This document shows positions 32,106 to 45,291 of a stretch of 64,000 bases of DNA, one piece after another. Within the stretch, counting starts at the first letter, position 1; the number at the start of each line of letters is the position of its first letter. Position numbers and translations under genes: made by a program. The notes beneath the pieces are model-generated. The model searched no databases and had not been told where the DNA came from. It was given only the letters and a program-made list of their open reading frames with translations. The stretch is from assembly GCA_963693365.1 (NCBI GenBank), contig CAVNZM010000002.1:2620259-2684258 (forward strand), written 5' to 3'. This DNA is from Amoebidium appalachense. Its lineage: Eukaryota > Protista > Ichthyosporea.

Positions 32106-32737
32106 TCCCCCTTTCTCCCCCTCCCCCCTCCCCTATTCACTCAACGGCAACTTCGAATGTACATGTTTTGTGTTACTACGAATGAGGCTTAAATGCAAAT
32201 ATACGATAGGACTTCTGGGTACCTCCTCAATGTGAACAAAATTGTCACATAAAGTCAAGCAAGTTGAATAATATTAGCTTGTTGGGCCGCCGGGCATGAA
32301 GTGGCAAAACCGTAATTCTAAACGATTTGCGAATGACTCGAATGATTATTAAGAACCGCACGATATATTCATTGTTTGACCCGCTGTGTTGTGTAATTAT
32401 AATATCACAGGACCACAACCGTATGTGATCTTTTTTTTTTTTTTTTTTTTCCCTAATTCCCCAGGTGGGCCAGGGCGCAATGGATCTGTCTGGAGGTGCA
32501 TGTAGCAGGACAAAAAGCACCTTATGTGTGCATGCATGGCCGTTTTCTTAAAAAAAATGTGCGTGATGTGTGCGACACCAAAATGTGCGACACACTGCCA
32601 GTTTATGCAGCAGTGGTATGAACGCTTGATGATGTACATGGCAATAAATGAACGTATCTCTTTTTTCTCGTGGAGGAGCCCCAGTTTGTGTGTGTGTGTG
32701 TGTGTGTGCGTGCGTGTGTGTGTGTGTGCATCTCGAG

Positions 32738-32769
<32 letters not shown>

Positions 32770-33109
32770 CTGCAGTCTCCCCCTCTCTCTCACACACACT
32801 CTCTCTCTCCCCTCTCTCTCGGTGCCTCTCCTCTCTTCCTCCCTCCTCTCTCTCTCTCTCTCGATCTCTCGATCTCCCCCTCCCTCTCCCCCTCCCTCCC
32901 TCCCCCTGCTCATTGAAGATTTGACTCTGAGATTATTATTATGATTTGAATGGAACAAACTTTCAAATGTGAACAAGTACAGTATGGATTGAATACCACT
33001 AGCAGGTTGAACGTCCTATTATCATTGTTCAGAATTAGCAGTATATGACCCGAAAAGGGATGATCTAAGCGCCCCCTCCCCCTCTGTCTGCCGGGCCCTC
33101 GCGCGCTCA

Positions 33110-33219
<110 letters not shown>

Positions 33220-33721
33220 GACTCTCTCTGACTCTCTCTCCCTCCCTCTCTCTCCCTCTCTCCCTCTCTCTCCCTCTCTCTCTCCCTCTCTCCCTCTCTC
33301 TCTCTCCCCCCTCTCTCCCCCCCTCCCCCCCCCTCTCTCTCTGCGTGTACACGTGTGTGTGTGTGTGTGTGTGCGTGTGTGTGTGTGTAAAAGTGTGTGT
33401 GCGCGGGAGGGTGTGTGTGTGGTGCACGTGTGTTTTTATGGACGTGTGTGTCTGTGTGTGTACGCCACAGGGCGTGTGTGTATGACACGCATGTGTACAT
33501 GTGTGTACGTGTGTGTGATGTCCGTGTGCGTGTGTGTGTGTTCTACGGGGTATATTGTGTGCGTGTACATGTGAGTTTGTGTGTGTGTGACAGCTGCATG
33601 TGTGCGTGCGTGCCGCGTGCGTGCGTGCACGTGTGTGTACGCGTGTGCACGCGCGTGTGTGTGCGTGCTCAGTTGACTTTGTGCCTGGGGGGGGGGGGGG
33701 GGGGGGGGGGGGAAGACCATT

Positions 33722-33792
33722 TCCTATTGGCGAACGGACAGGCCAAGGGCATCCAATAGGAATTAATGCAGGCTCACTGAGCAGCCAATCAT
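33722..33792 (+). promoter_or_regulatory. Triple CCAAT box upstream of the aldo-keto reductase
   Basis: CTATTGG, TCCAATAG and GCCAATCA are spaced ~30 bp apart, ~170-235 bp before the ATG at 33957. Confidence 0.45.
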
Positions 33793-33809
33793 AGCAGACT
33801 TCATCAGTG

Positions 33810-33848
<39 letters not shown>

Positions 33849-33956
33849 GTTTTGCCCAAAAGTTTCCATTGAAGTCGACAAAACTTTCCCCTTCTCCGGT
33901 TTCGTCAAGAACACTACTTTACTTTCAGTGTTTCTTGGTTCTTAGCTGACACCAAA

Positions 33957-36900
33957 ATGACTGTTACGGTTGAGCAAGTGCCCCTGGGCTCACAGGGGTT
34001 GGTTGTGTCTAGACAGGGTTTGGGATGCATGGGCATGACCGCCTTCTACGTCAAGTCAGGAAAGGAGCATGAGGCAGATTCGCTTGCTACCATTGACGAA
34101 GCACTGAAGCTCGGAGTGAATTTTCTGGACACGGCGTATATTTACAGGTTGGTGTGTTAGATATATTGGGTGATGTGCAGAATCCTTGCGTGGGAATCTT
34201 GTGGGAGATCCACGGTATGTGCTGTTTCCAACTTCTTCTTATATGAGTTCTATGTGAACGAAGAAAGGGACTTGCTTGGGTGACTGCCCTTTCTTAATTC
34301 CTCTTTTTCTCCACCCGTCTCTTTTTTTCCCCCGAATATTCTTTCTCTTTTTCTTTTCAGTTGCCTTTTCCCTTTGGGCTTTGTCCCAATGGCTGCATCC
34401 CCTCTTGCTCTGCTCACAACCAGTCTTCTACTCAACATGGCATTTTTCTCTCATTGCAGGTCGCCTCTTGGAGAGAGAAATGAGGAGCTTGTGGGCCGGG
34501 CCATCCAAAACCGCAGAGACCAATTCGTGATTGCAACCAAGTTTGGCATCGAAGTACGTGAGAGTGGCCTTGTGCTCGATTCCAGCTCGGAGAATGTCCG
34601 TCGTTCGTGCGAAGATTCACTGCGTGCACTTGGCGTGCAGTGCATTGATCTGTACTACCAGCACCGCCTGGACCCCAATACTCCCATTGAGGACACTATG
34701 CGTGAGCTGAAGAAGCTGGTGGAAGAGGGTGTGTGACCTCCCTCCCCTCCCCTCCTCCCTCCGCACCCCCTTCCCCTTTTTTTTGTGGGCCTGGCAACCC
34801 CCCCCCCCCACCACCACCACCACCACTCACCCACCCACCACCACCCCTTGTTGCCTTGCATCTCTATCCCCCCTCCCCCCCCCCCCCCTCCCCTCCTCTC
34901 CCTTATCTTTCCCTCGACCGATCGTTTACACGGGTTAAGGGTATTGGTTTAGTTTATTGCTTGGGGTAAACCTCTGGTGACGAGGTAGTGTCCAGGTTAA
35001 GTAGTTTTCCCTGCTCTTCATTCTCTGTCTCTTGCACTTCCACACAGGATTTTGTGTGGGTTTCTTTCAAGAGGCCAGACTTATGAACTGCTTATCCGTT
35101 GTGATTTTCTGCTTTGTTTGTGTGCCTGAATATGGCTTACCGTTGTTTTGGGTTGCGACTCTTATTAACCCTCCTCGTCACTCACCCATTACTGTGCAAA
35201 CGAATCTTAAATTCGCAACACGGGAGAGATGAATCCTTTTTTTTTTATGGATCCACCTAGTGATGGGCTCTGCTGATGTCATCACTCTGCGCATGTGTTC
35301 TGTTTCGATTCTCTGTTTCTATGTTGCGTAAGCTGCCTTCTATGCATTTGCTACCGTGTTTCCCACCTTTTAACACATGTCCCTCCCTATCCCCACCCCC
35401 CCCCCCCCCCCCTCCATCCTATTCCCCTAACCGCATGTTTTTATTCTTTGTGTATCATCACTTCCTTTGTGCCCCCCCCCTCCCCCCCCCCCCGGTCTCC
35501 CTCCCTCTCTCTTGCCTCTTCCTTATTTGCCTCACCTCCCTTCTACCTCAAACTTGGCTTGGCCCTCATCTTCCTCCCCCCCCCCCCCCTCCCTACTGTT
35601 ATACGTTGTTCATGTGTACTTCGTACTTTATGACGCATTCAAACCCCCCTCGCCCCTTCCCCCTCCCCCGTCCCCTCGTCATACACCCCCAACACAGGCC
35701 CTATCCATTGTACCAAATAATCCCCAACGCCATCCATAATCACCCATCCCATTCTGAATACAACCCCCGCCTCCACTTCCCCACGACCTTTCTCCTTTGT
35801 ACTAATTTTGAAGATGACCCCTTTGTCCTCCCCCCCCCCCCCCCCCCCCCCCCCCCGTTTTCTTTCAACACAGACACACGCGCAACACGTGCTCACACAC
35901 ACTCACTCTCTCCCTCCCACACAATCTCCTTCCCCCCGTCCCCCCTTTCCCTAAACGCCTGTACTCACACATCCCTCCACCAACCCACAGGAAAGATCAA
36001 TTATGTTGGCCTCTCCGAAATTTCCGCCGCAAATTTGCGTAGAGCCCACGCCATCCACCCCGTCACGGCCATTCAAATGGAATGGTCCCTTTGGACTCGC
36101 GATATTGAGAAGGAAATTGTTCCTACGGCACGTGAGTTGGGTGTTTGCATATTCCCCCCTTGGTAGGGGCATGCTTGCTGGGGCATTTAAAAGCAGAGAC
36201 TCGTTGGCTGAAGAGGACTGGCGTCGCCATGTTCCTAGGTACACATTCAGCCCTCCCTCCCCCCTCCCCCCCCACTCCCCCCCCCCCCCTCCCCTCCCCC
36301 GGCCCCCCCCCCCCCCAAAAGAAACCGAACACATGTGCGCGCATGCACAAACACACACACCCGTTGCCTCAATATTGTGTCTTTGCGTGGTTCTCGTTGT
36401 CTTCTTGCTCTTCTCCGTATGCGTGCCTGCCTAGCACATCCCTTTTACATCCCCTCCCCCCCCCCCCCCCCCCCCCCCCCCCGGGCGGCGTGTCTTAGTG
36501 TATGTTCTAAACTGCACGGGTTTCATGTACCATAGGCCTTTCTATGGTCATTTGCACAGCACATGTGTCTGTACAGTATACACGTGCACGCACGTGTTCC
36601 ATCACACACGCACACACACAGAGGGGGGGGGGGAGGGGGGGGGAGGGGGGGGGGGAGAGAGAGAGAGAGAGAGAGAAGGTAGAGAGAGAGGGAGTCGTCA
36701 CACGGTGTTCTTGCATGCACAGCCCATGAATACTATTTTCCAGTACGTTTCTAAGCTGGCACTGCGTTCCCACAGATTCAGCGAAGAGAATTTCGACATC
36801 AACAAAAAAGCCGTCGACAAGCTGACTGCCATTGCCGATAGACTGGGAGTGACTGTTGGCCAATTGGCTCTAGGGTGGGTGCATAGCCGAGGGAAAGATG

Positions 36901-37085
36901 TCGTCCCTATTCCGGGAACAAAGAGCCCCCACCGACTGCGCGAAAATGTGCAGGCGGTGGCCCTTGCAGATAAACTTTCGCCTGAAATTTGGGCCGAAGT
37001 TGAGGCAGCGGTCCCATGGCAGGAAATTCAAGGGGCGAGATACCCCGAGGCCATGATGCGGGGTGTGCACGAAGGGCAGTTGTAG
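33957..37085 (+). CDS. Aldo-keto reductase (AKR13 / plant-bacterial GLGCMGM type), 4 exons, frameshifted in exon 3 as assembled
   Basis: Motifs [69 protein letters not shown] and PIPGTK. Exons ~33957-34147, 34460-34728, 35991-36238 and 36776-37085. The frame changes at ~36143. Confidence 0.9.
35255..35645 (+). mobile_element. Two short 3'-end copies of the C-tailed repeat family in AKR intron 2
   Basis: GATGGGCTCTGCTGATG...CTGCGCATG...AACACATGTCCCTCCC (35262-~35388) and TGTTATACGTTGTTCATGTGTACTTCGTACTTTATGACGCATTCAAACCCCCC (35597-35649). The second is nearly identical to the end of copy A. Confidence 0.7.
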
Positions 37086-37344
37086 GTGTCAGTGTTGCCT
37101 AAAATCCTAAAAGAACATGATGAAAGCTGCGGTTATGGTTGTATGATGTAAATGTAAGTGATGCGTGTGAATTGCGCAAAAGATGATCATGAGCAGTGCC
37201 CTGATTAGTAGAAGTTCTGTCGTCTATGGTGAGACGATGTAGCTAGGAGATCTAAAGGTGTGCCACCAGTTGGTGTGGCCACTAATTAATAAACACGGCT
37301 TACCAAATCATGTACACTGATTCCCATTGGCGTAGCTTGATGCT

Positions 37345-37386
<42 letters not shown>

Positions 37387-37404
37387 ACCCCACCCCCGGC
37401 GCAC

Positions 37405-37464
<60 letters not shown>

Positions 37465-37629
37465 TCACCACTGCAATACCTCAATACCGGTAGGCAGCAA
37501 GCCCAAAGGCATAGCTTGAAAACTTCTGCTAGTACTTCGGAAAGTAATTGCAGCCGGGTGAGATTCTCCTCTTCTTTTCTCCCCCTTAAAACATCAAAGT
37601 AGCCAGTGGCATGCATGAAATCATAACAC

Positions 37630-37675
<46 letters not shown>

Positions 37676-38718
37676 CCTCCCCTTGCCCCGCAGGCCCTCA
37701 TTCCCCGAGATCGGGTGCAGACAAAAACAACCATGGCCAACCCCCCCCCCCCCCCCCCCCTATTGATGCATCCCCCTCTTTTTTGGCGATACATTGCATT
37801 CTCCAGACATCGAAATAGGTCGAAATCCCCGGCACACCCCGCTCTCATGCACGTGGGTGCGCGCGCACACACACACGGCCATGGGCACGCGTACGCGCAC
37901 AGGCACACACACGTACCCACTGAACGGTTACCGAGATGGTCAGTCCCCGGGGCCGTATACCATCTGGCATACACGTACTGCCCGCATTTTCCTTTGCACC
38001 TTGCCTCTGAACACAGTTATGCTATTCCTACTTTTTTCTTGTGTTTTATTATGGTGTTGACGGTTTGTGGTTACGTCTGTCCATGTGTGCAATTAGCCGA
38101 TATTCAAATGCATTGACAAACCGTTGCTACTGGAGTACAGACACATGTGCATGTCACACAATGCACTACGGTACACCGACATGGGTGACATTCAACCAAG
38201 GCCACATTTGTCATGCAATGAATATATATACCGTCTTATCGGCACCTGGCCACTCATCTCGGCATACTGATCAATACACACGTACATTCGCAATATCTAG
38301 AACAGAAACAATACTACATATATAGTATATAACATGTGCCATAATGATTGTGGCAAAAGGCAAAAGGCAAAATAGGCGGAGAGTTAGCACAAGACCAAAC
38401 ACGACCCCTACTGGAGCAACATGTCTGCAACACTCCAATACTAACAACAGGCTAAAACACACCAATAGCGGTGTTTATCATGTTAGGAGGTTTACATACA
38501 TTCGGTGCCTGAGCAATTTATGTGGCCGTTATTACGAGGAATGCCTATTAGGAATGCACGTAAAACTGTTATCGTTGTTCGATTGTTGTATTTTGCTTGT
38601 TGTCTTTCGCAAACGAGGGGGGCAAAAATTCAGCCATGCACTGGCAATAAAAAGCAAAATTTCCTCTACGAGATAATACTACCGCAGAAAGGACCAAAAA
38701 AAAGAAAGAAAAAAAAAA

Positions 38719-38754
<36 letters not shown>

Positions 38755-39069
38755 GGTGACACTCACTACAGCGCACTTCAAGTTCTCAAGTTCTTCCAGG
38801 CACAGTGTTGCCACGCCAATGCCCACCTCTCACCCTCCTCCCAACATTCTCCCTGATACACCATAACAACACACGACATATTGTGCCACACACACTGGCG
38901 CAAGACGCATTCCTTCGCGTAACAGCACGCATGTGCATGCTGTGCTGCTCATACATACCGGTGGGGATGTGTATGTGTGTGTGTGTGTCCACGTGTGTAC
39001 GAGCGAGCATTCCTACTGCCCCCCTTCCCCCACTCCCTCCATCCCCATCACTGTCTTGTGTGATCACTT

Positions 39070-39143
<74 letters not shown>

Positions 39144-39422
39144 TGTATCTTCGTGTTCCACGACGTGTGTTTGTGTGTGGAGATATGTGTTCGTGCTTGT
39201 GTGTGTGTTGCGACACCTGCTGATGGGTCAAATTGACGAACAGCCAGCCTTCCTACGAATCCTTCCGACTTGCCGATCTTTCTCAGGGTCCTTCGTGCTC
39301 ATGTTTTCCTGCAAGTGAACAAAAAAAAACAGGAAATTAAGTTAAGAAACAAAATCAAATAATCACCTGCTCACTCTTTCCTTGCGCAACTTCCCATCAC
39401 ACAGGCACACATACATAAACAG

Positions 39423-39465
<43 letters not shown>

Positions 39466-39956
39466 CTCTCTCTCTCACTCTCTCTCTCTCTGACGCACGC
39501 ACACACGCAAGCACGCACGCGCGCACGCATACACGCATGCCGGCATGCCCGCACCTTGCAGACCAATGGCATACAGACAAGCAAGTGAATAATGAGCAGA
39601 AAGATGAATTCGGACGTGCAGTTTTATATTATTCCTCTTTTCTTCAATGGTGTCAGTGCCAGTACGAGTGCATACACATTTGTACATGACAGTCAAGATC
39701 GATGGGAAAGGTATGGCGAAACAAAACCAAATTAGCATCCTCTAATAAGCACCCACTCACCAAACGATAAACGAGGATTCGAAACACTCAAGGAGTTGCA
39801 CCATATATCAACGAAGGTCAGAGATTCCCAAAACGAAACCCAGCAAACGCAAAAACGCATATTAGTGTATGTGGCCAGGCGGGCGACCCCTCTTGTGTAT
39901 TTGTGTTCGAGCAGTGTAATGCACCGGGGGGAGGGGGAGGGAGGGGGGGAGGGGGG

Positions 39957-39988
<32 letters not shown>

Positions 39989-40273
39989 TGTCTACGGGTG
40001 TCTACAGGTGTGTGCATGTGTGTGTGGGAGCATATGTGCTTCACTCTAGAATGCATGTTGTGTGTGGGTGTATGTATGTCTGTGGGTGTGTGTGCCGTGT
40101 GTGCCGTGTGTGCCTGCGTAAATATGTGTAAATGTGTGAACATGTGTGTTTATGCTATATGTTACATCAAGGGGTATCATGGATGAAGTAAGAAAAACCG
40201 AAATGAGCTAGTACATATGTTGCTTTACAAGGCAGAAGGAGGAAGGAGGGTTATCAAAAGGACGCAAAGACAC

Positions 40274-40327
<54 letters not shown>

Positions 40328-40406
40328 TATGGGATAGGGGGACGGGGGGGAGGAGGGGAGGAACAGGTAAAAAGGGCAGAGACGCTGAGGGGGCAGACGC
40401 TGGAAG

Positions 40407-40500
40407 AAAAAGACAATGCAAGCAACAATATGCCATAAAGGGAACCACAACGAAAAAGACAATGCAAGCAACAATATGCCATAAAGGGAACCACAACGAA
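40407..40500. repeat. 46-bp tandem duplication
   Basis: AAAAGACAATGCAAGCAACAATATGCCATAAAGGGAACCACAACGA occurs twice. Similar two-copy duplications are at ~21020-21072, ~22938-22983 and ~54763-54843. Confidence 0.9.
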
Positions 40501-40610
40501 GAACAGAAAGGAAGGAACCGGAAGGAGAAGGGCGCATGCATATGTCTGCGCATGTGTATGTGTATGTGGGGGGGGGAATGGACTGTTTATGAACATGTGC
40601 GTGTGAAAGA

Positions 40611-40642
<32 letters not shown>

Positions 40643-40697
40643 GTGTGGTGGCAGGCGGGTGGGTGGATGGTTTGGGGGGGGAGGGGGAGGGTAGGGG

Positions 40698-40749
<52 letters not shown>

Positions 40750-41213
40750 AAGGGGGGCTTCTGCTACTGTACACCCAACGAGGCACAATTTCACGTGAAA
40801 ACCGTAATCAAGCATGCAGGCATGCAGGCAGGTACACATGCACACAACATGGGCAGTGCAAAACCTGCTGCGAGCAGGCGGGGGGGGAGGAGAGCGAGCG
40901 GAGGAGGAGGAGGGGGGTGGGGGGGGGAGAGGGGATGTTGCCACACGCTACGGGGGACAGCGATACACAAATGAAAACACGGCACATGGTGGCATGCAAA
41001 AAACCCAGCACGTACAAAGTATGACAGCATAAGCAGAGCCTAAATGCTCAAGAAACGGGTTTGTGGGAGAGGAAGCGGAGAGCAGCGATTCTAGAAGCAC
41101 TTAGCCAGCACGTGCAGAAAGAGGGTGTGCAGGAACATCCGTTGCAGGGACACAAGGATGCAAAGGCACACCAGGCACAGAGGCACACACACACACATGC
41201 AAACACACACACG

Positions 41214-41262
<49 letters not shown>

Positions 41263-41402
41263 TACCCCACTCCCACCCCACCCGCAGCCCAGTGACACTT
41301 TCAAAAAACAAACACACAGACACCCCGGGGCAGTTGGTTACTTACGTCTTCATGCCAGTTGCAGCCCGCTCCGCATCAACAATAGTGATGGAAGCAGACC
41401 AT

Positions 41403-41672
41403 TCACAATACAAACGGCAGATCGAACGTAACGATTCCCGTGGATGGCATCTTCAGCGGCCACACCCCCGTGAAATCGACCCAGCAATGCTCGTCTCCGG
41501 CATTGCAGGACAGCGTCAATGTTCCTATCAAGGCCAAAGTGCACACCATGCATGGCCGATGATGCAAGTACATACTTGTCAAGAAGACCAGCAGAAAGAT
41601 TGGTTGGATGGGTAGGTTCTGTATGGGCCGTGGGAACAAAAATAAAGGCAAGAATATCTGTATGCAATACAT
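41403..41672 (-). CDS. BLCAP: BC10/BLCAP family small membrane protein (89 aa, intronless CDS)
   Basis: MYCIQIFLPLFLFPRP...HRPCMVCTLALIGTLTLSC...HCWVD matches the BC10 pattern (MYCLQWLLPVLLIPKP...RKPCTIC in animals; RPCxxC...C...C in fungi). Confidence 0.85.
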   Translation of the reverse strand: MYCIQIFLPLFLFPRPIQNLPIQPIFLLVFLTSMYLHHRPCMVCTLALIGTLTLSCNAGDEHCWVDFTGVWPLKMPSTGIVTFDLPFVL

Positions 41673-42452
41673 TTTGTTCGTTGCCGTTTGGGAAAGAAAA
41701 CTCAACCTGGGCGAGCAGTAATGGAGATCTTTGTTGCCTACACGTGGTTTTTTCACTGCAGCCCTTCTGTGAAATGTAGCTTTAGTCAGTCACTGTGGCA
41801 CCAAAAGCCGATACACGTCAAACGGTAAGCACCTTTTTTGGCATGTGCAGTGGTCACTTTGCTTGCTAGAGTAGTGATCTGGTGTGTCTACCTACAGTGA
41901 CCTCTCTGTTTTGCTGAGTAGTGACAATTTTGCCTGTCCCATTCCAAAGACCAGGTTTTCATTTTTTGTGGGCAAGTCCACCGAATTCTTTTAGCCTTAA
42001 AACGATAAAAAGCCCGTTACCCCCCCCCCCCCCCCCCCCCTCCCCCCACCATCGCAACCTCTCCGGAAGGAAAAAATAAAGGCGGGGGGGGGGGGGGGGG
42101 GGGGGGGGGAGAGGGGGGGGGGAGAAGGGGGGGGGGGGGGGGGGGGGGGGGGGAGGGGGGAGGGGCTATGCAGAAGAAAGGAGGGGAGAAACGGAGAGGG
42201 GGAAGAAAGAGGGAGGAGGGGGTCAGATATGTGTCTGTCACAGCCACACTCTTCCCAACACATGATTGTCAACTTCAACCTCTATGCCACCAAACTACAC
42301 CAACAACATTAAACCCTTCAACTTCTGCCAACACCTCTAACTGCACCCCTGTACCTCCCACCACTTCTACACCATACCATCTTCCTCTTCGCCCCCCCCC
42401 CCCCCCCCCCCCCACACACATTCACCCACCCCTCCCCACCCCCACCCGTCCC

Positions 42453-42539
<87 letters not shown>

Positions 42540-43915
42540 GCACACATCACAACCACCATACTCCAACCACAAGTCCAAACCACACTGCTTTTGACTCAGT
42601 AAACCCTCTTCATTTTACTGCGCTTGCCTACTAAACATCCCCGGATTTTTCAAATAATACTACATAAAATCGCTGCTTGCAAGTGCGCACCCCACCTGGA
42701 ATCCACGAAAAACGGTGCCAAATACGACGTTTCTTGGGTTTTAAAGCTCTTCGGCGTTCCAGTGACCCTCCCCTGCTTCTGTTGACAGGCAACACCACAC
42801 CATGGCCGTGGCCACAAGTAAGAAAGCAGTCTTTCGTGAGACAAAAAAGCACACCAATAAAATCTAGAAGCTAAAAAACCACTTGGCCACCGTGTAGTCG
42901 GAAAAAAACGTTTGTTTCCTTGCTTTTAGAGGTGACTCAAGTGAGACTGAGGTGTCTTTCTGCACTCAAGAGCCCAACAACTTCCTAGCGGTTCACACCG
43001 TGAAAACAGACGTACTGACTTTGTATGCCTTTGTAATCAACTTGTGCTCCTAAAAACTCAGCTAGCATATTAACGTGTTGGACCTATTTTCCATATCATT
43101 CCAGTAGTGTACATGCTCGTGTACAACTGAAAACTGAAAGCCAGCTTTTTTGACCTAGGCCTTATGTGGTGAGCTTTCAATGCCAGGCACGGGGATGTGA
43201 CGTCACGAATTATCCAGATTTCAAATTTGCCAGTTTTGTTATCTAACTTATTATTTGGTAAGTTCAAGCTGAACCAAGCATCGTATCACAATTATGGTAG
43301 GTATATCTATTACGACAATGTCTCTTCCTTGATTCAACCGGTCGTCACGAATCACCAAATATTTCGTCTGAACAGAAAGCAAATAAAAAGTGATGCCACG
43401 GCCTGGCTGTTGTCAAGTCAGGTTCACTTGATGAGGGTGGGGGTTCGGGGGCGCGAGGAAGGGGAGGGGAGGGTCATGGGGAGGGTGTTGGTTTGGGGGT
43501 GGGTGGGTGGGTGGGGGGGGGGGGGGAGGGGGGGAGAAGGGAGGGAGAGGGGGAGGAATAAATGTGCTGTTTATTATTTTGACTTTTGAACAGTTATGTA
43601 CTGGTGCCGGCACCATGGCCAGGCCAATAGCACTAAAGTTCCACCCAACAAGGTACAGGGCCACATAACGATGCTACGAAAAATCGCAAGTGTGGTAATG
43701 TAAGGTCGAGTGTGTGTGTGTTTACGTGTGTGTGTGCGTGTGCGTGTGCGCGAGGGGAGAGGGAGGGGGGAGGGATCGGAGGGGAAGAGAGGGAGGGGAG
43801 AGAGAGAGCGAGAGAGGGAGGGAGAGGGAGAGGGAGAAAGCAGAGAGAGAGAGAGAGAGATAGAGGAGGGAGAGAGATGAGGGGAGAAAGAGAGCGAGAG
43901 AGGGGGGGGGGGGGG

Positions 43916-44034
<119 letters not shown>

Positions 44035-44784
44035 GAGAGGAAAGAGAGAGGGAGGGACGGAGGGAGACAGATATATGTGAGTGCGTGAGTGAGTGAGGGA
44101 GGGAGAGTTTGTGTAGGTGTGTTTGCGTCTCTGTGTGTACTGTGTTCCCCTGAACCATGACCTCGAAATGTGAAGGTTACTAGAGAGGCGAGGAAAAGGT
44201 TGAGTGTTTTCAGCTGTTTAGCCGTCGTGCATGTTAGAAGTTCTTAACCAAGTTCTGTTCACAATCTCCAGAACTGTCCGAAACATTTCGGGTACTTACA
44301 AGGGATCGAACACCAGAACTACTAGTCATGGACCCATGCTTCAATACAATTCGCTTACAGCCTCGCGCACAGTTTTATTTACACAGGTGTGATAATATGT
44401 ATGCACACACCTCGTCCCTTTTTACAAAGCAACCCAAAACAAACCACACAAGCACCTGTTTGGAGAGAGCAGCCACACTGGGCACAGGCAGATTCTCCCA
44501 AATCATCCCCATACTCTCACATACGCTTACTATACATTGGTCCGGATCTGAATGCTATCACTGCCATCTTCCATGGCGTATTCTTTGTTCACGCGGGGCC
44601 GCACTCGGCCTATTACGAGATGTTTGTATGGTACTGCTTGTCAAGATTTCCTTCAGAGACCGAAATACTACGAACTATACTGATGTTTTCGTTGTTTGGG
44701 CCACCGTGTATGTATCTTTGACGAGCGCGCGTGTGTCGCAGTCTCCACGTGCTGTGCTTGATGTGCCACAACCATGCCCACTCA

Positions 44785-45291
44785 TTACCTTAGCAGCTTC
44801 GCGTAGCAAATGCTCTCTTGCTTGTCCGGGTTACTTGCATACTCCCCAAACAGTGGTATTTCCGTGTATCCATACTTGACGTACAGAGAGTTGGCCTCTA
44901 CGAGTTTGTGTCCCGTCTCAATCAGCATCCTATCAATGTTCATCTTGCGTGCATACTCTTCCGCTGCTTCCAGCAATGCCTTGCCCACACCCATTCCCCT
45001 CGCACGAGGACGCACAAACATGCGTTTCAGCTCTGCTTCTCCGTTGCCGTGATCTTTCACAGCAACACAGCCAAGTGCCCGTGAATCATCCTTCCGTCGT
45101 GCGATGAAAAATTTGAAATCTTTGACAGTAGTCGGGGGAAGAAGTGTGCACTGTTCAAGGGGAAAGAGGGAAAGGAGGAGTGCGTCTAGTTCTGCAATGA
45201 GTGTTGTGCCATCCGCGAGAGTTGGATCTTCTTCTGTGATGCGAACAACAGTGTGAGGTAGGGTGGAAAGGGAATAAGCTGCTTTCCCATT
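44785..45291 (-). CDS. GNAT N-acetyltransferase, bacterial-like; start codon unresolved
   Basis: The open frame 45291-44785 reads ...VVRITEEDPTLADGTTLIAELDALLLSLFPLEQC...FFIARR...LGCVAV...AELKRMFVRPRARGMGVGKALL...LIETG...ANSLYVKYGY. The acetyl-CoA motif RxxGxG is intact. There is no in-frame ATG before the domain. Confidence 0.85.
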   Translation of the reverse strand, partial: NGKAAYSLSTLPHTVVRITEEDPTLADGTTLIAELDALLLSLFPLEQCTLLPPTTVKDFKFFIARRKDDSRALGCVAVKDHGNGEAELKRMFVRPRARGMGVGKALLEAAEEYARKMNIDRMLIETGHKLVEANSLYVKYGYTEIPLFGEYASNPDKQESICYAKLLR

